A DNA stretch of 64,000 nucleotides. Origin: Anaerolineales bacterium UBA2181 (lineage in GTDB: Bacteria; Chloroflexota; Anaerolineae; Promineifilales; UBA4811). The DNA lies in contig DCVT01000044.1 in the NCBI GenBank assembly GCA_002328075.1, positions 260,969 to 324,968 on the forward strand. The letters run 5' to 3'. Position numbers and translations under genes: made by a program. Shown here one piece after another: positions 15,746-23,996 of the stretch. Within the stretch, counting starts at the first letter, position 1. Each line of letters opens with the position of its first letter. Under the pieces are notes generated by a model, which did not search any database, was not told the DNA's origin, and worked only from the letters and a program-made list of their open reading frames with translations.

Positions 15746-16891
15746 CTACCGGTCACTCTGAGCCAAAGCGGCGATGATCTTCTGGTCGGTGACTGGGAAC
15801 GGGTACTCGGCCAACTCTGCCAGGGTCACCCACCTCAGATCGGCTACCTGCACGGGTCGCGGCTCGCCGTTGACCGGGTGGCAATGAAAGGCGTGCAGCG
15901 AGATTCGAAAGTGAGTGTAGGCGTGCTCGATAGTCACCAGGTGGCAGTCCACCGAGACCTTGAAATCCAGTTCCTCGCGAATCTCGCGCTGCAGGCACTC
16001 GGCCAGGCTCTCGCCCTCCCTTTGTTTGCCGCCCGGGAACTTCCACATGCCCCCCAACATGGCGTTCGCCGGCCGCCGGGCAATCAGCACGATCGGCTGG
16101 TCACCATTCACGCCCGGTCGTGGGTCGCCCCAGATCACCGCAGCAGTCACGTTGTGGTGCGCTGTCCGCTTGCGCGCCGGGCGCACCGGCCGCTCCAACT
16201 GGCTGCCTTGTGCCCGAGCCAGGCAGCAGGACTCCAGTGGACAGCAAACGCAATCAGGGCGGGCCGGCCGACATACGGTCCGGCCCAACTCCATCAACGC
16301 CTGGTTATATTCGCCCGGCCGGGTCGCCGAAACCAGGGCGCTGGCAAGCGCCCACAGTCCTTCCCGGGTGGCTGCCCGCGTCACGTCCACTTCCAGGTCA
16401 ATCAGTCGGGCCAGCACCCGCACCACGTTTCCGTCCAAGACGGCTACCCGCTGTCCAAAAGCGATGCTGGCGATGGCGCCCGCCGTGTAACGGCCGATAC
16501 CGGGCAGCGACTGCAGCTGTTGCGGATCGGCGGGCAGGTGCCTGCCGTACCTTTCTATCAGCTGCAGTGCTGCCCGATGCAGATTGCGCGCTCTTGCGTA
16601 ATACCCCATTCCTTCCCAGGTCTTGAGCACTGCTGTCAGCGACGCCTCCGCCAAGTCAGTGACTGTCGGGAACTGGGCCATCCACCTTTCATAGTAGCGT
16701 ACAACCGTCGGCGCCCGAGTCTGCTGCAACATGATCTCGCTAACCCAGATGGCATAAGGGTCAGTAGTCTGGCGCCAGGGAAACGGCTCATGGCCCGCGT
16801 CCCACCAGGCCAACACCCGTCCGGGCAGATCTGCCAAGCCATCGGCCGCTAGGACCAGGGGGTTCCGTTTGCCCAAGCTCTTTTCGTCCAT
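15746..16891 (-). CDS. mutY: A/G-specific adenine DNA glycosylase
   Basis: Internal ATG (MDEKSLGKRN) of ORF 15746..17422. HhH-GPD block IWVSEIMLQQTRAPTV, Fe-S cysteines CRPARPDCVCCPLESCC, and a C-terminal Nudix-like domain GGMWKFPGGKQREGES. Confidence 0.9.
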   Translation of the reverse strand: MDEKSLGKRNPLVLAADGLADLPGRVLAWWDAGHEPFPWRQTTDPYAIWVSEIMLQQTRAPTVVRYYERWMAQFPTVTDLAEASLTAVLKTWEGMGYYARARNLHRAALQLIERYGRHLPADPQQLQSLPGIGRYTAGAIASIAFGQRVAVLDGNVVRVLARLIDLEVDVTRAATREGLWALASALVSATRPGEYNQALMELGRTVCRPARPDCVCCPLESCCLARAQGSQLERPVRPARKRTAHHNVTAAVIWGDPRPGVNGDQPIVLIARRPANAMLGGMWKFPGGKQREGESLAECLQREIREELDFKVSVDCHLVTIEHAYTHFRISLHAFHCHPVNGEPRPVQVADLRWVTLAELAEYPFPVTDQKIIAALAQSDR

Positions 16892-16913
16892 CAATCGGCA
16901 CTCGGTGAAGACC

Positions 16914-16922
16914 CATTGTAAC
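16914..16922 (-). promoter_or_regulatory. extended -10 (TGTTACAAT) for mutY
   Basis: The reverse complement of 16914-16922 reads TGTTACAAT, 22 nt upstream of the mutY ATG. Confidence 0.4.
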
Positions 16923-16943
16923 AGGATCATGACGGCGGTCCAT

Positions 16944-16972
16944 TTGGCGTTTGCTTCCCGGTTGGGTACACT
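16944..16972 (+). promoter_or_regulatory. promoter TTGGCG-17-TACACT placed 6 nt from the ATG (leaderless candidate)
   Basis: TTGGCG at 16944-16949, a 17-nt spacer, TACACT at 16967-16972, and ATG at 16979. No SD. Confidence 0.45.
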
Positions 16973-16978
16973 TGAGGC

Positions 16979-17620
16979 ATGGAAACTGCGGAGCGACTCG
17001 CGCTGTGGGCGGATGAGCTGCGTGCACTCACGGCCAACGGTCTGCGCTTCTCCAAAAGCCCCTACGACGAGGCCAACTACCAGCGCATACGGCAGATCGC
17101 AGCTGAGATGTTTGCCCTGGCCGATGGCAGGTCGGTCTGCGATATTGAGGCCCTTCTGCTCGGGCTCTTGGGCCACTATACTCCCATGGTCATGGGCGAC
17201 GCGCTGGTGATCAACCCCTCTGGCGAGATTCTTCTCATCCAGCGGGCTGACAGTGGGCTTTGGGCTGCGCCCGGCGGGGCATTCGACGTGAACGAAACCG
17301 CGGCCGAAGGCGCGGTCCGCGAGTGTTACGAGGAGACTGGCTGGTCGGTTGAGCCGGTCGCCCTGGTGGGCATCTATGATTCGCGGGTCGTTGGCACCTT
17401 CCAGGGGCAACACGTGTACCACCTCGGCTTCTTATGCCAGCCGCTCGGGCATGATCCAACGCCAGGGCCATTCGCGCAGGAGCGGCTGGACATGGGTTGG
17501 TACAAGGAGAGCTACCTCCCACCGCTCGACGTCGGGCATCGGATGTGGGTGCCTGACGCGCTGCGATTCTGGGGCGGAGAGCTGAAATCCGCGCACTTTG
17601 ACCGTACGTCGCCACCATGA
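16979..17620 (+). CDS. Nudix hydrolase with Nudix N-terminal helical domain (ADP-ribose-pyrophosphatase-like)
   Basis: The N-terminal ERLALWADELRALTANGLRFSKSPYDEANYQRI is typical of the Nudix N-terminal domain. Nudix box GGAFDVNETAAEGAVRECYEETG. Confidence 0.85.
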   Translation: METAERLALWADELRALTANGLRFSKSPYDEANYQRIRQIAAEMFALADGRSVCDIEALLLGLLGHYTPMVMGDALVINPSGEILLIQRADSGLWAAPGGAFDVNETAAEGAVRECYEETGWSVEPVALVGIYDSRVVGTFQGQHVYHLGFLCQPLGHDPTPGPFAQERLDMGWYKESYLPPLDVGHRMWVPDALRFWGGELKSAHFDRTSPP

Positions 17621-18390
17621 CCGAGACAATCATCCAGCAGCGCCGCCACATTCAGCACTTACTGGACACTAATTCGCCAGCCGACGGCCTGGCAACCTAT
17701 TATGCGCTGTTCCATCCGCCAGAGCGCACGACGTTGACGGTGCACCGGGACACCGCCGGCCGAGTTGATGGTTTTTTGGTGCTGTGCCGCACGGGCATGG
17801 ACCTCTTCCGTCCGTTGTTGACCATGCGAGTCCAATCGCGCGAGGTGGCAGCCGATCTACTTGAAAAGCAACTGCCCACCCATTCGGCGGTGATGATCGT
17901 AATCCCCCTCGGCTTGCGCCCGGTGATTGAGGCATTTTTCTCCATCGGCGGGGAGAGCGTCAGTCAGGTCTATGAGCTGAGGCGCGGCGATTTCCGACCG
18001 GTGATCAACGTGCTGGTTACCCGGTCCCCTACGCCGGGCGGCGATCCCAAGTTTGTGATTCGGGGGCAAAGCTTTGACCGGGGCGCCCAACCCACAGGTC
18101 CAGCGCTGGCAACGGCGGGCATCAATTGGAGATCGCCCAGGTTCGCCGAGATCTATGTGCATACTGAGCCCGCTGCCCGCGGCCGAGGGTTGGGCAAGAG
18201 CGTCGCCTCGGCCGTCAGCAACTGGCTGCTGGAGCAGGGTATCACCCCAATCTACACGGCGACAGACGATCCCGACCACTCGGTAAGGCTGGCACTTGGC
18301 CTGGGGTTCACCCCCACGGGCGCCTATACGTTCTTCTGCGATGGCGTCAGGCGTCCCGCCTCGGTATTGTCGAATCATAGCGTGGCATAA
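17617..18390 (+). CDS. GNAT-family acetyltransferase-like protein
   Basis: ATGA overlap with the Nudix gene. The C-terminal EIYVHTEPAARGRGLGKSVASAVSNWL is an acetyl-CoA-binding (R/Q-x-x-G-x-G/A) type motif. Confidence 0.65.
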   Translation: MTETIIQQRRHIQHLLDTNSPADGLATYYALFHPPERTTLTVHRDTAGRVDGFLVLCRTGMDLFRPLLTMRVQSREVAADLLEKQLPTHSAVMIVIPLGLRPVIEAFFSIGGESVSQVYELRRGDFRPVINVLVTRSPTPGGDPKFVIRGQSFDRGAQPTGPALATAGINWRSPRFAEIYVHTEPAARGRGLGKSVASAVSNWLLEQGITPIYTATDDPDHSVRLALGLGFTPTGAYTFFCDGVRRPASVLSNHSVA

Positions 18391-18405
18391 TCGGGTGCAC
18401 AACTC

Positions 18406-19704
18406 GTGCAGCCCGGTTTTCGGATGTTGAACATGCTGCCTTGGCTAACCTGGATTGCGGCTGCATCACTGCTGGTCATCCATTGGGCCATCTTCCTTGG
18501 TGCTCGGTTGCTCTGCGGCCGGGGTGCCTCATGGTTTCGGGTCTGGTTGGCGTTTGCCGCCACCGCGCTGCTGGGGTTCCTGGGTTACCGAATGGATGGA
18601 CTCTCCGGGGCGCTGGTGCTGCCTTTCTTGGCGCACGCGTTCTTCTGGACGTCGGTTGCGGTTGTGGGCCAGTGGCTGACTCCGCTGTCCAAAGCGCATG
18701 GCCGGTGGGGCGCCTTCCACCTGTTGAGTTCCTACATGCTGGATTGCCACCTGCCCAGCTATCTGGTGGAGAACGGGAAATGGTCGCGGCGCGTCATTGG
18801 ACATCAGGAGTCTCACATTGGCACCGGGTTGATATGGGTTGGTGTCGCCCAGGCCGCAGTGACTGAGGTAAACGGCAGACTCCGTCGGGTCCTGCCGCCA
18901 GGCATCCACCAGGTCCAGCGTTTCGAGCAGGTGAACGCGGTACTAGACCTCCACCCGCAGATTCGCTCGTCGCGCCGGCCGGTGCGGGCGACTACGCTGG
19001 ACGGAGTCCCCTTGCACGCCAGCCTCGAGTGCGTGTTCCGCATCCCAACTGACCCGTCGGCCGGATCGTCAGACGATTTCGGATTTTCGGCTGAGCGCAT
19101 AGGGGAAATCGTATTTGACCGCGGCGGGGTCGATGCTCGTGGGGAACCCTACTATTGGGATGACCGGCCGCTGCAATTGGCCGCCTCTCGTTTCCGCGAG
19201 ATCCTGGGAAGGCTGCGGCTTGACCAACTTCTTGAGCCTGATGACCCCAATCCCGTTCCGCACAAGGCGCTGGCGAATCTGCTCGATACCGCTCTTCGAG
19301 GGGACCTCTCCGCCGGCGGGATCGATTTGATAGGCTGCACCGTCGGCCCGCTGGAGTTTGATCCGGAGGTTCAGGAGCAGGTGTTGCAGCAAAGGATTGA
19401 GAGCCTCCAGAGAAGATGGGAGACAGGCGAAGAGCGGGACGCCGCAACCGGGCCAGCCGCCGAAGAAACGGTCAAAGCGGCTGCGGAACAAGCCAGGGCC
19501 AATCTCGCCATCGAACTGATCGACCAGTTGGCCACGGCCATCGATTCCAGCCAGCCCGCACTGTCCCGTCAACTGATACATCACCTGCTGGACACGATGG
19601 AAGCTCTGGCAGCCGATCCCCTGGTGCAGCCACTGCTCAGTTCAGAGTTAACGGGTGATGTGTCATCCATACGGTCATGGGTGACAGACTCGAGGGACGG
19701 ATGA
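18406..19704 (+). CDS. polytopic membrane protein with SPFH/band-7-like domain and C-terminal coiled region (paralog 1)
   Basis: About four N-terminal TM helices. Next comes VTEVNGRLRRVLPPGIHQVQRFEQVNAVLDLHPQIRSSRRPVRATTLDGVPLHASLECVFRI and later GIDLIGCTVGPLEFDPEVQEQV, which matches the SPFH pattern. The start is uncertain (GTG 18406, ATG 18424 or ATG 18433). Confidence 0.6.
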   Translation: MQPGFRMLNMLPWLTWIAAASLLVIHWAIFLGARLLCGRGASWFRVWLAFAATALLGFLGYRMDGLSGALVLPFLAHAFFWTSVAVVGQWLTPLSKAHGRWGAFHLLSSYMLDCHLPSYLVENGKWSRRVIGHQESHIGTGLIWVGVAQAAVTEVNGRLRRVLPPGIHQVQRFEQVNAVLDLHPQIRSSRRPVRATTLDGVPLHASLECVFRIPTDPSAGSSDDFGFSAERIGEIVFDRGGVDARGEPYYWDDRPLQLAASRFREILGRLRLDQLLEPDDPNPVPHKALANLLDTALRGDLSAGGIDLIGCTVGPLEFDPEVQEQVLQQRIESLQRRWETGEERDAATGPAAEETVKAAAEQARANLAIELIDQLATAIDSSQPALSRQLIHHLLDTMEALAADPLVQPLLSSELTGDVSSIRSWVTDSRDG

Positions 19705-21140
19705 CGCCCAGGTCGCACCTCGTCCAGTCGTCGAATGGCCGCCGCCAAGGTCGAACCACCAACCTGTGGTGGGTGGTGGTGATCGGTGCTCTCAACCTGG
19801 CGGCAGTCATGCTGGTATGGTTTGCCAACGGGGTCTCCTCACCCGGTCCAGACCCTCTGTTGGCCCGGTGGCTCGCTGACCTGCCGTTTGGCAACCTACG
19901 GCCTCTGGCTGCCGCACTCCTGAAAGGATTTGGGCCACTGCTGGACTGGCGCTTGCTGCGGTATCTGGCAATCGCCAATATGGCCGCCTTCATTCCCGTG
20001 GCGTTTGGCGCCCGATTCATCCAGCAGCTGTACCGCTTTGGGAGTTTCGCCATGGCGTCCTCCTACCTGAAGGACTCCATGTTTGACTCGGGTTCGCTGG
20101 TGCCGCATACCTCCGAGAGGGTCGGGGAACCGGAACACGGCCGATCCGCCGGGGAACGGGCTGCCCAAGTTCAGGACGGGAGGATGGTGCCCGTTGGACA
20201 GCATCACCGCTCGCTCTCATTGTTCCTGGCCGGTGGACCCGGTCTCGTGGTGACCCGACCGTACCATGCCGCTCAATTGGAGCGTGGCGGACAACTGGGC
20301 AGAGTCGTTGGGCCAGGCGCTGCGCGGTTGGGCCGACTCGAAAAGGTATACAGACTGGTTGATCTCCGCCAGATGACGCGCGCCCGGACCCTTTCCTCCC
20401 TCACGCGGGATGGAATCCGGGTAACGGTTGAAGTCACCGTCTTTTTCCGGCTTCGCGCTTTTCGTCCGGCATCCGATACGGCGCCCTATGTAGTCGATCC
20501 CGGTGCTGTTCGCCGCGTCACACAAGACACGGTGGTGGACGAGGCTGGCCTTGGGGTTTGGGAAGAACAGCCAATCCGGCTGGCAGCCGTGATCCTCAAC
20601 AATCTTTTGGCGGCCTACCGTCTGGACGAATTGTACGAGCCCTTTGCGTCAGGCATTGAACCGCGAACCGCCATCCGCGACCGTCTCCTTCGCGAGCTAA
20701 GAAAACGAACCCGCGCCCAAGGCGTCGAGGTCACACAGGTCTTGCTGGGCCCCTTTGAAACCCCGCCGGTGGTGACCGACCTATACCTGCAACGCCAGCG
20801 GACCGATCGCTACCATCGGCCAGCTGTATCCCCGCCTCTCAGCTCAGATGAGAGCCTCGAGTTGGACCGCGTTACCGCAGAAGCCAAGGAGCATTTTGTG
20901 TCCCGGCTAGTATCCGCAATTCGGCCAGAAGGCGTCCAGAATGGTGGCACGGACTATCCGACGTCCACAGCGCTTCGACTGGTGGATGCCCTGGAAGCAT
21001 TGTGCACCGAGTCGGCCTGCTCGGCGGGAAAAGATAAGGCGTCGCTCGCGTTCCTGGCTGGCCTTCGGCGGCGGTTGGAGCCAGGTCACACCCAGGGCCA
21101 AGGGCAGGTCGCGCAGGATGATGCCAATGTGGCCGCATAG
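19701..21140 (+). CDS. polytopic membrane protein with SPFH/band-7-like domain (paralog 2)
   Basis: ATG 19701 overlaps the upstream stop (ATGA); ATG 19677 is an in-frame alternative. N-terminal TM helices. Then GRVVGPGAARLGRLEKVYRLVDLRQMTRARTLSSLTRDGIRVTVEVTVFFRL and GVEVTQVLLGPFETPPVV. Confidence 0.6.
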   Translation: MTPRSHLVQSSNGRRQGRTTNLWWVVVIGALNLAAVMLVWFANGVSSPGPDPLLARWLADLPFGNLRPLAAALLKGFGPLLDWRLLRYLAIANMAAFIPVAFGARFIQQLYRFGSFAMASSYLKDSMFDSGSLVPHTSERVGEPEHGRSAGERAAQVQDGRMVPVGQHHRSLSLFLAGGPGLVVTRPYHAAQLERGGQLGRVVGPGAARLGRLEKVYRLVDLRQMTRARTLSSLTRDGIRVTVEVTVFFRLRAFRPASDTAPYVVDPGAVRRVTQDTVVDEAGLGVWEEQPIRLAAVILNNLLAAYRLDELYEPFASGIEPRTAIRDRLLRELRKRTRAQGVEVTQVLLGPFETPPVVTDLYLQRQRTDRYHRPAVSPPLSSDESLELDRVTAEAKEHFVSRLVSAIRPEGVQNGGTDYPTSTALRLVDALEALCTESACSAGKDKASLAFLAGLRRRLEPGHTQGQGQVAQDDANVAA

Positions 21141-21293
21141 CCGCCCTGCAGGCCCTGCGTTGCGCGCATACCGGCGCCCGACGTCACGCACCGAGCATTC
21201 GCAACCAAGATGGTGATGACCAGGGTCCGGCTGAGCGACCGTTGTTGGCCACGTTGCATTGACCTTTGTTAGAGTTCGAAGGAAGGATAACCA

Positions 21294-22226
21294 ATGGCGG
21301 AACCGTATGTCCTGGTGGTTGGAATGTCCTGTTTGGATATGAAGGGACGGGCATCCGATCAGCTGTTGCCCGGGACATCCGTTCCGGGGACGGTACGCGT
21401 AAGCCACGGCGGCGTGGGCCGCAACATTGCGGAAAACCTGGCCCGGCTCGGAGTTCGCACGGCTCTCATTTCGGCAGTTGGAGAGGACCGCTCAGGTCAA
21501 CGAATTCTTGCCCAGGCGACCGAGGTAGGGATCGAGACCGAAGGGATGGTGGTGGTGCCCGGAACTTCCACGGGAGCTTACCTTGCTCTGCTGCACCCCG
21601 ATGGAACCCGCGCCTATGCCATCGATGATACTCATATCGGCGCCAGTATCACGCCGCGGCACATCACCAATCACCGCCGACTCATGCGCGACGCCACAAT
21701 GGCCGTGGTGGACGCAAATGTGTCACCGGCCGCCTTGACGACGCTTTTCCGCCTGGCTGGGCAGTATGGAGTTCCAGTGTGCGCCGACTCCACGTCGGTC
21801 GCTCTGGCACCCCGTCTACAACCGCACCTGTCACAATTGCTGTTGATCACCCCCAACGTGCGCGAAGCAGAGATCCTCTGTCAGCAGCGCATAAAAACAG
21901 GGGACCGAGACGCGGCCTTGGCTGCTTGCCGCTGCATGGTCGCACAGGGGGTGCAGACAGCCGTCATCACCATGGCGGAAGAGGGTCTGTGCTACGCCAC
22001 CTTGCACGAAAGTGGGTACGTTCCAGCATTGCTGACCGAGGTGATCGACCCGACCGGCGGGGGCGATGCCCTGACGGCAGCCATTGTTTTCGCGTTGCTG
22101 AACCAGATCCCGGTCTCGGAGGCCATGCGGCTCGGTTGTTCGGCTGCCAGCCTCACCATTGCATGTGACCAGACAGTCGTTCCCGGCTTAACATTGGAGC
22201 TATTGTACGACCACCTCAGCGTTTAG
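21294..22226 (+). CDS. PfkB-family sugar/nucleoside kinase (pseudouridine/ribokinase-like)
   Basis: VLVVGMSCLDMKG, HGGVGRNIAENLARLG, and the C-terminal DPTGGGDALTAAIVFALL (PfkB signature 2). Confidence 0.85.
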   Translation: MAEPYVLVVGMSCLDMKGRASDQLLPGTSVPGTVRVSHGGVGRNIAENLARLGVRTALISAVGEDRSGQRILAQATEVGIETEGMVVVPGTSTGAYLALLHPDGTRAYAIDDTHIGASITPRHITNHRRLMRDATMAVVDANVSPAALTTLFRLAGQYGVPVCADSTSVALAPRLQPHLSQLLLITPNVREAEILCQQRIKTGDRDAALAACRCMVAQGVQTAVITMAEEGLCYATLHESGYVPALLTEVIDPTGGGDALTAAIVFALLNQIPVSEAMRLGCSAASLTIACDQTVVPGLTLELLYDHLSV

Positions 22227-22256
22227 GCCGGGTCAGGCGCAAGACGGAGGTTCATC

Positions 22257-22910
22257 ATGTCCCCTTGGTTAGCTCTGGTTATCTCTTTCGCGTATGTGTT
22301 TTTGGTGCTGGCGATAGGCGAAGGTTTGCGCCGGCGGCTTGGCTACAGCTCTGACTTTACCCGGAAGTTTATCCACGTGGGCGTGGGCATGTTTAGCTTG
22401 TTGGCCGTGTTTATCTTTGAACGCCGGGAATGGGCCATCATCCCGCCAACTGCCTTTATCCTCATAAACTTGCTGGACTGGCGTTTTGGGCTGCTGCAGG
22501 CCATGACCAGTTCTGACCGCTCAAACTTGGGCACGGTCTACTTTCCCATTTCCTTCGCGGTCATTATCTGGTTCCTCTGGGACCATCCGGGGTTGTTGGT
22601 TGGCAGCCTGATGCCACTCACCTGGGGGGACGCCATGGCAGCCGTGATCGGTCGCCGGCTGGGCCGGCACCATTATACGGTCCTGGGTTCCACGCGTAGC
22701 CTGGAGGGTAGCCTCGCACTACTGGTGTGCGCCGCGCTGCCAACCAGCCTGGCACTGGCCCTGTTTGGTGTCACCAACTGGCTACCCGTGGCTTGCGTGG
22801 TGGCGGTGGGCGCCACTGTGGCGGAAGCTCTCTCCCCCTGGGGCACCGACAACCTCACGATTCCAGCGGTCTCCGCAGCACTACTCGCCTGGTTAGCCGT
22901 TGGAGGGTGA
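22257..22910 (+). CDS. CTP-dependent polyprenol (phytol/dolichol) kinase family membrane protein
   Basis: Polytopic protein. TRKFIHVGVGM and WGDAMAAVIGRRLGRHHY motifs match the phytol/dolichol kinase and cytidylyltransferase family. Confidence 0.7.
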   Translation: MSPWLALVISFAYVFLVLAIGEGLRRRLGYSSDFTRKFIHVGVGMFSLLAVFIFERREWAIIPPTAFILINLLDWRFGLLQAMTSSDRSNLGTVYFPISFAVIIWFLWDHPGLLVGSLMPLTWGDAMAAVIGRRLGRHHYTVLGSTRSLEGSLALLVCAALPTSLALALFGVTNWLPVACVVAVGATVAEALSPWGTDNLTIPAVSAALLAWLAVGG

Positions 22911-23846
22911 GGGCTTGCGCATCAGTTCAATCCCAAACATTGGACTGCGCGACGACCAGCTGCTCTCACCCGGTTCAGCCAGGACGTGATCCAGGAATCC
23001 CTGCACTCGGCTGTCGAGCAGGTCGAGTTGGTGCAGGATCACCGCTTCCAGGGTGCGCGGCAACACGGGTGATCCCCATTCAAGGGTGCCTTGGTGGCTC
23101 ACGACCAGATGAAGTAGTTGCTGCAACAGCTCGTCTGGAAAGCCATCAATCGCGGCGGCTGCGTTTTGCACCACGATGGCTCCGCGCGCCACATGCCCAA
23201 TCAATCGCTCCGTGTCCGTGATGGGGAATGAGGGTGACGGTTGATAGGCAAACACTTTACCCACGTCGTGCAAGAGAATGCCCGCATACAAAAGGTCTTG
23301 ATCCACCAAGGGGTAGTGGCCGGCCACCAGCCGGCCAATGGATACCATGGAGAGCACGTGCTGCAGCAAGCCGCCGACATACGCATGGTGCATGGTCGTG
23401 GCGGCTGGCGCATCGACAAAACGGCGCAGAAACGTAGGCTCCAGCAGCACCGCGCTGACCAGCCGATCAAGGGGCTCACGCAGATTCGCCACGACGCTGC
23501 GCAACTCGTCCGCCATCTCGTCGCGATCACGCTGGCTGCACGTCGTATAATCGGCCATGCTATCCGGTTGATACGGTTGCAGATCAACGGCTGCCACTTG
23601 CAGGCGCCCATTGTACAGGCGGACCTTGCCAGTGACCAGCACCACCCGGCCGGGAAGGCAGCTCTCCACGACATGCGCAGGAACACTCCAAAACACACCA
23701 CTCACCTGGCCGGTCGCATCGGCCAAGGTGAAAAGGAGAAAAGACCGGCCGTCTTTCGTTTCCCGTTGTATGACTTCTGCCAGTAAAAACGGCTGATCGA
23801 ATAGGTCCGTATCGGCCTGCAATTGCCTGACGAAAATGCTCTTCAT
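22893..23846 (-). CDS. OB-fold plus HD-domain 3'-5' exoribonuclease (YhaM-like)
   Basis: Internal ATG (MKSIFVRQL) of ORF 22893..24125. N-terminal OB fold (FLLFTLADATGQVSGVFW). HD domain HHAYVGGLLQHVLS...GILLHDVGK. Confidence 0.8.
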   Translation of the reverse strand: MKSIFVRQLQADTDLFDQPFLLAEVIQRETKDGRSFLLFTLADATGQVSGVFWSVPAHVVESCLPGRVVLVTGKVRLYNGRLQVAAVDLQPYQPDSMADYTTCSQRDRDEMADELRSVVANLREPLDRLVSAVLLEPTFLRRFVDAPAATTMHHAYVGGLLQHVLSMVSIGRLVAGHYPLVDQDLLYAGILLHDVGKVFAYQPSPSFPITDTERLIGHVARGAIVVQNAAAAIDGFPDELLQQLLHLVVSHQGTLEWGSPVLPRTLEAVILHQLDLLDSRVQGFLDHVLAEPGESSWSSRSPMFGIELMRKPSPSNG

Positions 23847-23996
23847 AAAGACCTCGCTTCCAGACCCCAGTCCGATGGGCAGACCGAATGATACACCGCC
23901 GGGGGGACAATCGCAAACCGAACCATCCGACCGGCTCAATGGTACAATTATCATGCTCTTGTAAAGCCGACCCGTCGTTTCTGTTAGGAGGCTCCC

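Noticed and set aside
16892-17422. The N-terminal 177 codons of the 558-aa ORF 15746..17422.
   Set aside because: This part is antisense to the well-supported Nudix gene and has no MutY homology. MutY begins at the internal ATG 16891. It is a high-GC shadow extension.
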